A stretch of DNA of 64,000 bases from Candidatus Latescibacterota bacterium. GTDB taxonomy: Bacteria > Latescibacterota > UBA2968 > GCA-2709665. The position numbers and the translations under genes are program-made. Below the pieces are notes generated by a model. That model had not been told where the DNA came from, did no database searches, and worked only from the letters and a program-made list of their open reading frames with translations. Location: assembly GCA_965219995.1 (NCBI GenBank), contig CBDCOX010000002.1:4064001-4128000 (forward strand), written 5' to 3'. Positions 30,420-41,500 of the stretch are shown here, piece after piece; within the stretch, counting starts at the first letter, position 1, and the number at the start of each line of letters is the position of its first letter.

Positions 30420-33400
30420 CTATGGCAGTTCCTCGAATTCACTCCAGATAGCCCCCGCTTTTGCCGCTTCGAGTCTGGTGGTCGGCAGGAGGAAAAAGAG
30501 CCCCTGAATCCGTTCCCCGGGCCCCATCCACCGATCCAGGTTGCCATTGAGAAAGCATCCGACCTTGCCCAGGGCGAACCCTGCGGCGCGCGCCCCCTCC
30601 CCGGCCGCGCTCAGGAACAATGCCTCTCCGTTCTCCCCGACGAGACCGCCCCATTTCCAGTTTCCGCCGCTGGTCCAGTGGGGCGCCGCCCGTGTCGAGA
30701 CTGACGCTTCGGTCCCGTTGTAAAACGTCGCGGTCCCGGGTGAGGCGGCGAATGCCGGCCAGATTTCGAAGCCCACGTCCCCATCGGCGCCGATTCCCAG
30801 TTCGTCCCGACAGGTCACGCGAACAGCCAGAACGTCCGCGCCGGGCGCGAGCAGGTATTCCAGCGAAATCGACTGACCGCGGGCATGCTCCTGCGCGATA
30901 CGGCAATGGACGCGCACCCCGCGCCAGACCAGTCCCTGGTGCCCCTTCTGTTCGATCACCCGGTACCGGAACCGTTCCTTGTGGAGCGTATCCTCGAGCC
31001 GGTCGTACTCCGGCGAGATGCCTCCGTGCCAGGGGTTCATCCAGGCGCGCGGCTCTGCGTCCGGATACGGGCTGTTGAGATACTCCACGCCGTCCCGTTG
31101 CAGAGAAATCACGGAACCCAGGAAAGAAGGCGCGACCTTCACCGTCAAGATCCCATTGTCGACCAGGATGATGCGGCCCTTCCCCAGGCGCGACACCGAG
31201 ACGTCGCGAGCGTCCGCGGGAAGGACCAGCGCCTTTTCGCTGAACCTGTAGACTGCCTCCTCCGTCTCGAATCGAACGCCGATTTCCTTCGCGCCGGACC
31301 GGACTTGCTCCGTGGTGCGAAAGGCCACCTTATGAATCACCGGTTTCGATTCGCAGAGCCCCCGTACCTTGACGGTTGTAACGCCCGTGTACAGACCGCC
31401 GGACGGTTCAATGATAAGTTCGCCGTCCAGCGTATGCCTGCCGACGTGATCGAGGCGCAATGTGGCATCGGTGCGCTCTCCCGCCACCAGCAGCGGGTGC
31501 GGTTCGATGCGGCACTCGATCGGCCTTCGCGTGGGCGCAGCGGACGTCTCGTTCTCCGGGACGTTGCCGCACAGGGTCCGCCACCAGGCCCGGACCGTCT
31601 GCCAGTTCCCGTCTCCAACAAAGGCGTTGACGGGGTCCAGCGACCTTGATTCCCCCGGCTTCACGCGAACAGCTCGAGTTCGAAGACTGCCCCAGGCGCC
31701 GGGGCTCACCCGCTCGGCCCTGTCCCACAGAATTCCCGTGGCGCAGCCATCCTCTCTATCGACGCAGAACCATCCCTCCGGCCACGCGTCCGCTTCCTCC
31801 GAAAGCCTGAGGTCGTCCAGGTCCCGTCCTCCCGATCCGAACGCCTGCCGGGCAACCCCTTGTCTTCCGGGCACGACCAGAGAAGCAACGCGTCCCATTT
31901 GCATCCACCAGCTTTGCGACACAGACAGGTCCAGCGGCAGCGAAGTTCCGTTGATTACCGTATCCTGTACCCTGACCAGCGGGCCCTGGCCAACCCGGAC
32001 GTTTCTTTCCAGCCACACCCCCGGTCGCAACACGGAAGGGGTCCGCAGGCTGAGCACGACACCGAAGCCCTCCCGTTCGACCCGCGCCTCGGCCTTCTCC
32101 TGAAACAGGTCGCCGACGGAAAATGGCGGGCCGAGCGTCGGGGTCTGCAGCTTCAGCCGGCGGGATCTCAGCGCTCGCAACGTGTGAAAGAAGTATAACT
32201 CACCGCTACGTAAATCGGCGCTGACCATCAGTCCTCCGCCGCAGATCAGGGCGCTTTCCGCACCGACGCCGCCGGACGTGCCGCCTCTCTCAACGGCCAG
32301 CAGGTCCAGGCGTTTGGTCTTGACCGGAATGTCCTTGCTGTCCACCGAGGCGGTCGTCTCGACGTCGATCGCACCGGGTCCGGCCCCTGGCGCCGTCACC
32401 GGTACGGCCAACTCGGTCCCGCCCTTCGGGTCGAGCGTCACCTGCCGCTCCCCTGCGTTGACTTCCACGCCGCCCGCCGGCCTCACCCGCAGTTTCGCGG
32501 AACACGCCTCGTCCAGATTCGACCGCAGGGTCAGCAGCGCCTCTTGAGGCGTCCCCGGCGCAAGCACCCGACGAACGGGATCCAGGGAAACGTCAACCGC
32601 CTGCCGCGCGGCGATCCCGGCCGCCAGTTCGATCCCCACGCCGTCGATCACAACGTCGGTCCGAAGCACCGCCGCTTTGGGCTCGCGCGTCTTCTCCTCA
32701 ATGCCCGGATCGATGACGAACGTGCCCTCCATATCGACGGCGTCCGCGACGTCAAGCGCCTCGCGCGTTTCGACTCTGACGCCCGGATCGCCCGAGGCGG
32801 CGAGAAAGACGCGCGCCGGCTGGGGCTTCCTGTTCTCGATGCGCCAGCGCACAGCGTGGGAAACGCCCGCGACCAGTTTCTCGTCGGGCAGGCTGCACGA
32901 CGCCATCAGATCGTTGGTCTCGATCTCGATGATTCCCCAACTCTGCCGGTCGAACACCAGTCTGAGCAGATCGCCGTCGGGCGCGCGCCACTCATACTCG
33001 TAGACCTTCACCCTGCCGCGCGTCATCACGTCTTCTTCGAGGCTGAGTTCCCGCACCTGGGTTTCGTACCAGTCGTGCCTGGCGAAAAACGCGGCGGCGA
33101 GCGGATGCCGGCGGGCGGCGGGCGTGAAGTTCTCCATGTGCACGGACGAGTCCGGGCGCCACATGAAACCCGTCTTCTTGTACAGGGGAACGGCCTGCAG
33201 GTTTCCCGGCCAGGTGTAAAGGTCGACCTTCCGGCAGCCCGCCTCGAACGCGCGGTCCATCGCGCCCCACAGGGCCGACTTCCCGTGTCTCTTCCCGTGG
33301 TAATCGGGATGACAGTTGAGGTGCGGAATAAACGCCTGCGCCTTCTGTCCCGGCGTGGTCCTGATCGTGCACAGGCTGATGATGCGCTCTTCATTCTCCG

Positions 33401-33575
33401 TGACGATGGCCCCCAGCAGGTTGCTCTCCCTGATGCTTCGCTCCTGCTCTTCAGCGGACGTCTGCCATCCGCCGCCTCCAGGCCAGCCCACGTCGGCTTC
33501 CATCTCGAGCGTGGCGAGTTTCCGGTCGTCCCCCTCCCGCCAGTCCTCCACGAGGTTTCGGGTCTTATGGAGCAA
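30420..33575 (-). CDS. Large GNAT-family N-acetyltransferase with extended beta-rich C-terminus
   Basis: Probable TTG start at 33575 after AAGGAGGAG; HPDYHGKRHGK acetyl-CoA motif; N..AVPLYKKTGF. Confidence 0.75.
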   Translation of the reverse strand: MLHKTRNLVEDWREGDDRKLATLEMEADVGWPGGGGWQTSAEEQERSIRESNLLGAIVTENEERIISLCTIRTTPGQKAQAFIPHLNCHPDYHGKRHGKSALWGAMDRAFEAGCRKVDLYTWPGNLQAVPLYKKTGFMWRPDSSVHMENFTPAARRHPLAAAFFARHDWYETQVRELSLEEDVMTRGRVKVYEYEWRAPDGDLLRLVFDRQSWGIIEIETNDLMASCSLPDEKLVAGVSHAVRWRIENRKPQPARVFLAASGDPGVRVETREALDVADAVDMEGTFVIDPGIEEKTREPKAAVLRTDVVIDGVGIELAAGIAARQAVDVSLDPVRRVLAPGTPQEALLTLRSNLDEACSAKLRVRPAGGVEVNAGERQVTLDPKGGTELAVPVTAPGAGPGAIDVETTASVDSKDIPVKTKRLDLLAVERGGTSGGVGAESALICGGGLMVSADLRSGELYFFHTLRALRSRRLKLQTPTLGPPFSVGDLFQEKAEARVEREGFGVVLSLRTPSVLRPGVWLERNVRVGQGPLVRVQDTVINGTSLPLDLSVSQSWWMQMGRVASLVVPGRQGVARQAFGSGGRDLDDLRLSEEADAWPEGWFCVDREDGCATGILWDRAERVSPGAWGSLRTRAVRVKPGESRSLDPVNAFVGDGNWQTVRAWWRTLCGNVPENETSAAPTRRPIECRIEPHPLLVAGERTDATLRLDHVGRHTLDGELIIEPSGGLYTGVTTVKVRGLCESKPVIHKVAFRTTEQVRSGAKEIGVRFETEEAVYRFSEKALVLPADARDVSVSRLGKGRIILVDNGILTVKVAPSFLGSVISLQRDGVEYLNSPYPDAEPRAWMNPWHGGISPEYDRLEDTLHKERFRYRVIEQKGHQGLVWRGVRVHCRIAQEHARGQSISLEYLLAPGADVLAVRVTCRDELGIGADGDVGFEIWPAFAASPGTATFYNGTEASVSTRAAPHWTSGGNWKWGGLVGENGEALFLSAAGEGARAAGFALGKVGCFLNGNLDRWMGPGERIQGLFFLLPTTRLEAAKAGAIWSEFEELP

Positions 33576-33996
33576 CGGCTCCTCCTTCTTTCCTGAATAA
33601 TTCACTAAACATGAACTTACATGGATGGACAGGATGAACAGGATAAAGACCAAGAGCAGGACAAATGTTCACGATTCCGGGCCAAACCGATGGATCCTCA
33701 CCTTGGTGGGCTACGAAACATCACCCTGACCAATCAACTTCGTAATTCATGAAATTCCGTCGCATAATACTTCGCTGAATTTATTGAAAAACAACTCGTT
33801 ATACATCAAAACCAAGGATTTTCGTGGATAATTTACTCTACGTTAGATTCAAATATTGTTGAATTTATTTTCCGAATTAGGGAATATCAGATAGTTAAAA
33901 TACAATGACAATTACTATAAATCTATATCAGACTTCGAAAAACACAGGCGTCGAAGATCATCAGCCAGGTCCTTAGACACCGTGAACGCCAGCGAC

Positions 33997-36060
33997 CTAT
34001 CCGTTCCGTGCGAAATAGCTTGCGAAAGCCAAGAAATCGCTGTTCCCCACGGTCCCGTCGCCGTCCAGGTCGAAGCGCGCGTCATATCCTGGGTCGCCAA
34101 GGTTCAGGCCGAACTTCGCCGCGAACTGAAGAAAGTCGGAGAATCCCACGGTCCCGTCGCCGTCGAAGTCGGCAACAAGGGGTTGAGTCGCGCGAAACCG
34201 CGACACGTCCCACAGCAAAATCGTACCGTCCCGACTGCCGCTCGCCAATGTGTTCCCATCGTGCGAAAATACCACCGAGGTGACCAGATCGGTGTGTCCT
34301 TTGAGGATGCGCATTTCCTGCCCGGTGGCCAGATCCCACACCACCACCGCCTTGTACGGACTGCCGCCCGCCAGCGTCGTCCCATCCGGTGAATATGCCA
34401 ACGACCAGAATTGATGGCGAAATGGTATGGGGGTTGCAGTGAGGGCGCCGATTACCTGACCCGTGTCGACGTTCCACAAACGGATCGCATCGTCTCCGCC
34501 GCCGCCCGCCAGCGTCGTTCCATCGGGCGAAAACGCTACCGAGCGGACCGGACGCGTATGTCCTGTGAGGGCACCTATCTGCCGACGGGTGGCCGTGTCC
34601 CACAACCTCACCGTGCCGTCCCGGCTACAGCTCGCCAGCCTCTTTCCATCCGGTGAAAACACCACCGAAGCGACAGACCCCGCATGTCCTTTGAGAACGC
34701 CATTTTCCAGTCCTGCGGCCACATCCCACAACCGCACCAGGCTGTCCCGACCGGCGCTTGCAAGAGTTGAACCATCCGGCGAAAACACCACCGAATTCAC
34801 CCACCGGGTATGCCCTACCAACGTGCCATTTTCCAGTCCTGTGGTCATATCCCACAACCGCACGGTACGATCCCCATGGCCGCTTGCCAGCGCCATTCCA
34901 TGCGACTCGTATGCCACCGACTCGGCCCATCGTGCATTACCTGCAAGGATGCTCAATTCCTGCCCGGTGGCCGCGTCCCAAAACCTGACACCGTTGCTCT
35001 CGCCGCTTGCCAGCGTCGCCCCGTCCGGGGAAAACGCCACCGAACTGACCGAGCGGGTATGTCCCTTGAGGATGAGAATGTCTTCTTCGCGGCCAGTGGC
35101 CAATTCCCACAGACGAACCGTTCCGTCCGATCCGGCGCCTGTCAGCGTCGTCCCGTCCGGGGAAAACGCCAGCGAACGGACAGACGCTCTCTGTCCTGTG
35201 AGGGTGCCTTTTTCCTGCCCCTTTTCCACATCCCACAATCGCACCGATAGGTCAACACTGCCGCTTGCAAGGGTGGACCCGTCCGGGGAAAAGGCCAGCG
35301 TACGGACAGACCCCAAGTGTCCATCGAGGGCGTGTTCCTCCTGTCCGGTGCGCACGTCCCACAGGCGGACCACACTGTCCGCACCGGCGCTCGCAAGCGT
35401 CATCCCGTCCGGCGAAAAGGCCACCCGCTGGACCACGTTCGCATGCCCTGTCAGGGTGTGCTTTATCCGTTTCGAGTCCACGTCCCACAACCGCACCGTA
35501 CCGTCACTGCGAGCACTTGCCAGCGTTTTCCCATCCGGCGAAAATGCCATTGAATTGACCCATGACAAGTATCCCAGGAGGGTGCGTATTACCCGCCCTG
35601 TGGCCACGTTCCACAACCGTGTCGTGCCGTCCCGGCCGCCGCTCGCCAGCATCGTCCCATCCGGCGAAAACGCCACGGTTTCGACATCATAGGTGTGTTT
35701 ATCAAGGATGCGTAGTGTCTGTCCGGTGGCCAAGTCCCACAACCGGATCATATCGTCCCGGCTGCCACTGGCGAGTGTCATCCCATCCGGAGAAAACGCC
35801 ACGGAATTGACTCGGAACACGTGGCCCTTCAGCAAAGAAACTTCGTCACCGGTGCGGGCGTCGTAAAGCCAGACGCCGTATGTGCCTCCGACGGCCATGC
35901 GGGAGCCGTCCGGCGACCAGGCTACAGTGCGCACGTCGCCTTTGCCCATTCGAAGGAGGGCACCTTCGGGCAGGTTCCAGCGAGTGTAATCCTGCGCGCG
36001 GGCGTCCTGTGCGCACAGGGCCGCCATCAAGGCGACCATGCAGACCATCAGTTGTCTCAT
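33997..36060 (-). CDS. Secreted WD40-repeat protein with C-terminal dockerin/EF-hand-like tail
   Basis: Signal peptide; about 14 GH...V.SVAFSPDG..LAS...D.TVRLWD repeats; twin D(F/L)DGDGTVG.SDFL motifs. Confidence 0.92.
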   Translation of the reverse strand: MRQLMVCMVALMAALCAQDARAQDYTRWNLPEGALLRMGKGDVRTVAWSPDGSRMAVGGTYGVWLYDARTGDEVSLLKGHVFRVNSVAFSPDGMTLASGSRDDMIRLWDLATGQTLRILDKHTYDVETVAFSPDGTMLASGGRDGTTRLWNVATGRVIRTLLGYLSWVNSMAFSPDGKTLASARSDGTVRLWDVDSKRIKHTLTGHANVVQRVAFSPDGMTLASAGADSVVRLWDVRTGQEEHALDGHLGSVRTLAFSPDGSTLASGSVDLSVRLWDVEKGQEKGTLTGQRASVRSLAFSPDGTTLTGAGSDGTVRLWELATGREEDILILKGHTRSVSSVAFSPDGATLASGESNGVRFWDAATGQELSILAGNARWAESVAYESHGMALASGHGDRTVRLWDMTTGLENGTLVGHTRWVNSVVFSPDGSTLASAGRDSLVRLWDVAAGLENGVLKGHAGSVASVVFSPDGKRLASCSRDGTVRLWDTATRRQIGALTGHTRPVRSVAFSPDGTTLAGGGGDDAIRLWNVDTGQVIGALTATPIPFRHQFWSLAYSPDGTTLAGGSPYKAVVVWDLATGQEMRILKGHTDLVTSVVFSHDGNTLASGSRDGTILLWDVSRFRATQPLVADFDGDGTVGFSDFLQFAAKFGLNLGDPGYDARFDLDGDGTVGNSDFLAFASYFARNG

Positions 36061-36114
36061 ATGCGTGTCCGTAACTGCACCTATATGGAACTGGCGCGGC
36101 CGTCTCCGTGCTCT

Positions 36115-38448
36115 TCATTTCACCACGAACGCCGCATCCTTAGTGACGGTCTCGCCGCTGTTCACGTCCGTGACCGCCACCTGAAGCACCTGCCGTCCGG
36201 TTTTTTGCTGCCCCAGTTGCAGCGCCACGTACTCCACTTCCGAGCGTTGCGTTCCAACCAGCTCGTATGCCACCTCGACTTCCGCCCGCCGGTTTCCCCG
36301 CAGCCTCACAAGACGCGCGATATTGCCGATACCGGGTTCTCCCTTTTCACCCACGGTATAGGCCACGCGGAACCTTGTTTGCCCGAACGTGTCCCTGGCC
36401 AGATTGTAGATTTCATAATACACATAGACGCTGTGGCCCTTTCCATACGTGCGGGTTGGCATGGGTACGACATGTAATTCGCCCTTGCTGAATTTGTCTT
36501 CAAGACTGGTCTCCGAAATGCGCCAGGCCAGTTCCAGGTCGCTCATGCGAAGACCTGTCTCCGGGTATGCCTCCACGTGGATCGTCTGCCGGTACCGGCC
36601 GCGCCTGCCGGTGCGCCTGTCCCTGGCCTTCACTTCCATCCGATAGTTGCCCTGCGGCACGTCCAGCCGAGCGACGTCGGGAATAAACCCATCCGACCGT
36701 TGTCCCATGTCTCCCCGGCGACGAAACCGAACGTCGCCTTCAGCGCGATACACCGACCCGGTTTCCATGTTCAACACGGCGATCGTCCTTTCCACCTCGA
36801 GCGTCGTCACGTCTTCGGCCTCCACGTATTGCGCCGTTTCCTGTGGAATTCCGACGTAGACTTCAAGTGCGGACGCCGCGTCTCCGCGCCCTCGAAAGTC
36901 GGCCAGGTCGTAGTAGAACTCAAGTGGATCTTCGTTAACAGGCGGCTGGTAGTAGTTCGGCATCCGCGCGGCCGCGCGCATACTCACGTTTTGCGGACTG
37001 AACCTGTTGAACATGGCCATTCTTCGAATATCGATATCCACGTCGACGGGTGCGGGCGCGAAGTCGAACTTCCCTGTCAGTCGCTCGTCCGTAAACGTCA
37101 CCTCCATTCCGCCGCCCGCGCCGTTATAGACGTAGACCCAGCTCTCCCAGGGTACCATCGATTCGTCCGGTCGATTGGCGATCACCGGGCGGTAGGCGGG
37201 GGCCATGAATCCGCCGAAGTCATGCCCTTCGCGGATGCTGCGTACCGGAAATGCGACCAGGATGTCTCCCCAACTCGTATCCATCGGCGCGCCGTGAAGT
37301 TGCCGCGCGATCGATTCCTTTACCCGTTGGACCTCCAGACTCTGCTGGAAGTTCACCCAGTCAGACCTCGAGCGATGATCGGGCTCGCCGAATCTTACGT
37401 ACATCTCACCCCGCGTATCCCACGGCTGCTTCGCTTTGGCGAAGTGCTGCCGCGCGAACCACACGCGCCGGTAATGCTCCAGTCGCCGCTCGTTGGCGGC
37501 TGTCGTCAGATCCGGGTCCCGGTCTCCCCAGAACCGGGTAAGGTAAGCGTCCCTGTCGTTCGCCTGCGTAAGGGCCTCGAATTCGTCGGGAGAAGCCAGG
37601 AGACGGATATCCTCATACAACGCCCGTTCTGCAGGTTCACACGCTTCGAGATATCTCTCGTATGCAACTTCCGCCAGGCCAAGGGAGTCCTGTGCGAGAT
37701 AGGCGTTCGCGAGGACGAGCGACATTTCGATCGCGTCGGGATGGTTCTGAATCTGCGTACGCATCAGGTCCACAACGCGAGCGTGGTCGCCGACTCTACC
37801 ATAGGCCCCCGCCAGACGCAGAGCGGTTTCCAGATCATCGGGCCTTAGAGACAGGTATCGTTCGTAGTGCTCCGCGGCGCGCGGATGGTCTTCCTTGAAT
37901 GTCTCGTACCATTCACCGAGAAGCCGGTGCGCAGGCGCAAACGCGGGGTCCATCTTTAGCAACTTCTCCGCCTCACGACCCACGTCGTGTTCTCCCATCG
38001 CGTACCTCGCCTCGGCGATATGGTACCGCGCTTCCAGGTAGTTTCGGTCGTATTGCAGCGCCTTCTTGAAGTAGTCGATCGCCGTGTACAGGCCTTTCGG
38101 TTTCTCCCTCCATACAAGCCCGAGTCCGTTGTACGCCGGAGCGTATTTGTGCTGCCGCCGCCGCGCATCCATAAATGCCCGCTCAGCTGCCTTCAGGTCC
38201 CCGGTCTTCAGACGTACGTGGCCGAGTCCGACGTATGAGGGCGCGTGTTTCCCGTCGATCTCGATTGCCGAACGGAATTTCGCAGCCGCTTCGTCAAACC
38301 TGCCGTTTTCGAGCAGGTCCATTCCCTTGCCATATAGATTCTGAACCAGAGCGCGATTCTCAACGGACACCGGCGCCGCAAGAACGTCCCCATCGCGAGA
38401 CGTTAACGCGGTGATCGCCAGGACCGCCAGGACCGCTATGGGTCTCAT
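36115..38448 (-). CDS. TPR plus GWxTD-like exported protein 3
   Basis: RBS GGAGG; signal peptide; TPRs; FWGDRDP..T..NERRLEHYRR; PWDTRGEMYVRFGEPD; YYEIYNL. Confidence 0.85.
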   Translation of the reverse strand: MRPIAVLAVLAITALTSRDGDVLAAPVSVENRALVQNLYGKGMDLLENGRFDEAAAKFRSAIEIDGKHAPSYVGLGHVRLKTGDLKAAERAFMDARRRQHKYAPAYNGLGLVWREKPKGLYTAIDYFKKALQYDRNYLEARYHIAEARYAMGEHDVGREAEKLLKMDPAFAPAHRLLGEWYETFKEDHPRAAEHYERYLSLRPDDLETALRLAGAYGRVGDHARVVDLMRTQIQNHPDAIEMSLVLANAYLAQDSLGLAEVAYERYLEACEPAERALYEDIRLLASPDEFEALTQANDRDAYLTRFWGDRDPDLTTAANERRLEHYRRVWFARQHFAKAKQPWDTRGEMYVRFGEPDHRSRSDWVNFQQSLEVQRVKESIARQLHGAPMDTSWGDILVAFPVRSIREGHDFGGFMAPAYRPVIANRPDESMVPWESWVYVYNGAGGGMEVTFTDERLTGKFDFAPAPVDVDIDIRRMAMFNRFSPQNVSMRAAARMPNYYQPPVNEDPLEFYYDLADFRGRGDAASALEVYVGIPQETAQYVEAEDVTTLEVERTIAVLNMETGSVYRAEGDVRFRRRGDMGQRSDGFIPDVARLDVPQGNYRMEVKARDRRTGRRGRYRQTIHVEAYPETGLRMSDLELAWRISETSLEDKFSKGELHVVPMPTRTYGKGHSVYVYYEIYNLARDTFGQTRFRVAYTVGEKGEPGIGNIARLVRLRGNRRAEVEVAYELVGTQRSEVEYVALQLGQQKTGRQVLQVAVTDVNSGETVTKDAAFVVK

Positions 38449-38570
38449 TTTGGTACCTCCAGGAAATAAGAGGTCCTGTTGGAGATTTGGAGGCGCTTCA
38501 GGTGAGCAGGTTTGCGTCTTCGCGTGAACTGAATTCCGGCAATCTATCTCCCGGACAGATACGTTGCTGC

Positions 38571-41500
38571 TTACTCCAGCACCAGTTGAACCGTCTTTTC
38601 ACGTTCGGTGCGGGCGTGGTTGTCGCGGACCCTGACTGTCAGCAGAAACTCTCCGCTGCCGGCCTTGCTCAGGTCCAGCGAGCGATATTCCCGGGTATCC
38701 GGCGCATCACCCAGCTGCGAGACGGTGACCGTCGTGGCGGGTTTCTTCCCGCTGCCGAAGATTCTGAGCAGCCTACTGACGCCCTTCCGCTTCAGCCGGG
38801 TCAGCCCGTACGAAATATCGAATGAAGTTGTGCCCCGCTCGTCGGGCGTCAGATTGTACAGCTCGAAATAGATGTATACCGGGTCCTTGCGGGAGAATCG
38901 GAGAGAGGGATTGGGTACCGCATTGATTCCACGAAGATTGAACCCCTCGCTGCCCTTGACGTCGGGCCAGATTACATGCGCCGGAACGACGCTGCTCATT
39001 TCCAGTTCCGTCTCCGAAAAATCCGGAATCCGCACGCTCTGCTTCCAACCCCCCAGCAGACGCCGCCGCGACGGCCGCAGGAAAAACGCTGCATGACTCG
39101 AGTCGGGGTCCGCCGAAAGCCTGAGTACGCCGAAACTCCGTTCTTCGTACCGGGACCGTTCGACCTGCGACTTTCGTACGTGTCCAGTAAGGTTCTCAAA
39201 CCGGTTCCATTGCATGTCATGAAGCGTCAGGCCGTACTCATAGATGGAAGACGTATCCGGTAGCGAACCGTAGTCCTTGTTCAACGCTTTAAAGGGCATT
39301 CCATAATACAGCTCGACGTCCTCCCTGCCCGATTCGCCCTTGAAGAATGCCAGGTAGGACTCGTAATCAAGCGCATCCACGTCGTCCACCCATGAATGCC
39401 GGTCCGTCTTGAGACCCATCTTTACGGAAGCGTGCGCTTCACGTCTGGATTTCTCATTCTCCCACCGCAAACGCTGTCCAAAGTTCCCCGAGCCTGAAAG
39501 GGATTCCACCAGACGCCAGTTCGAACCCATACTGCTGGGTGTGGCGACAAAATTGAACACCATTTTCGGGAATTCATCCGTCTTCCAGTAATGCCAGACT
39601 TCCGCCATTGAAAACTTCTGCGTATCCGACGGACGGCCGTGCCGTATGTATACGAGTCCCGGATCGTTGAACCGGTCGTTCAACTCGATCGTGCTCGGAT
39701 ACGGGATCTTGTCGTCTCTGTCGGGATCGTAGAACCAGGTACGAAATCCGTCGTAGATGTAATACCGTTCGACATACAGGATCCGTCGATAGTGCTCCGC
39801 CAGACGTACGTTGGGAGACACGGCCGGGGTGGGATCCCGGCTCGCCCATAGCTTCCGGAAGAACTCCCGATGGGCCTCCGGCGTTTCGAGCCTGGAAAAC
39901 GCATCCATCTCCTCTACGGTAACGATGTATTTGACGTCTTCATACATCAGCCGCGCGTCCAGTGAGTCCCGGATGTTCTCAACTGCCTTGTTGTAATGGC
40001 CCTCTCCGGCTTCCAGGTCATCGCGGGCGTAGGCGATGCGCGCCAGCGAGAGATAGGCCGGTATGACGCTCAACGATGGATGCGACGCGACCCAGGCACG
40101 CAACACCGTGTCTGCGCGGGCCGTCCGACCGGCGAGACGCAGGGCCTCGCCCTCGAAATAACGCGCGTATTCCGAACCATGCCTGCGCATCCACTTCAGT
40201 GCATCCTCCGGGTCCATATTGTCCAGGAGATACAGGTACAATCGCCGCAGCCTGCGCCGATGCACGAGTTCGTTCGGCTTGATCCGCACCTGGTTTTCAC
40301 CCAGCTTGATCGCTTTGACAAACGCCATGTCATAGCGCTTGAGTACTGCATACTGATACAACGCGTCACGGTACTCCGGCGCTTCATCCACGAGTCGTCT
40401 GAAGAACCGTTCCGATCGCCGCCAACTCAGCCAGCGCATCACAGTCGCCTGGTATTTCCCGGCTTCCCGGTGCGCGACCGCCAGTCGATAGAGTGCTTCC
40501 GGATTGTCCGGGTCCTGCTTCAGAATCCGCGCTGACCACTTCTTCTGGTCCCCCCAGTTCTCCTCCGCCATCGCCACGTCACTCAACGCCATCAGCGCCG
40601 GGGGTGACTCCGGCGCCCGCTTCAACGCCCGCTTCAGGTAATATTTCGCGTCGTCCCAGGCGTCCTGCTGCAGATACGCCCTTCCCAACCCCACAAAGGC
40701 CGGCGAATACCCGTCGTCCTCAGAGATCGCATCCTCGAATTGCCGCCTGGCCTCGTCGAGTTTGCCTGCGGCCAGCAGCCCCACCCCCTGGTTGTACGCC
40801 GCCGGCCCATCGGGGTCTGCCGCCAGCGCCGCTTCGGATGCCGGGGGTTGGCTGACGCCCGGCGGAGAAGAAGCGGATTCCCGTATCCGTCGAGGTACGC
40901 GAAGGGACCGAAAGCCCGTTTCAGGCCCCGTCGCCCGCTCGAAATCCGTGCGCCGCGTTCCCGGTCTGACGTTCAGGCGTTGCACGAGCGTGTCGCTGTC
41001 CACGAGATGGGTCAGGCGGACGCCTTCCAGGTCGCGAATCGCAACGGGTTCCGCGCGGTCCAGCAGCAGCCGTTCGGGCCGCGGCACCATCGTGGACGGG
41101 AACACCAGCACGCCGCGGGCGGGCGGGTCTTCGGCGATCGCTCCCGGCGGGGCGTGAGCGCCGGCGGGATCGGAGACCGAGACGACCGTTATCGCCCCGG
41201 CGATACCCCCGCCCCGGGCCTCATCGAGGCCCTCTACCGCGGAGGCCACCGCCTCGGCGGTGTATACGGTCACTTCCGCCGCCACGTCTGCCGCCCGATC
41301 CAGCGCATCTTCGTCCGGCATCGCTTCCTTCGCGAAACCCGAGAACGCCGGAATATAGACCACACGGATGGTATCTGTATCCCAGACGTCCGCTGCCATC
41401 TGTCCGCGCGTACGGTTCACCACCAGGACGTTCGGCGTGGCCGGCGCCGGCATGATCAGATGTACGGGAGCGCTCCACCGCGCGGACAGGTCCTCGTCCT

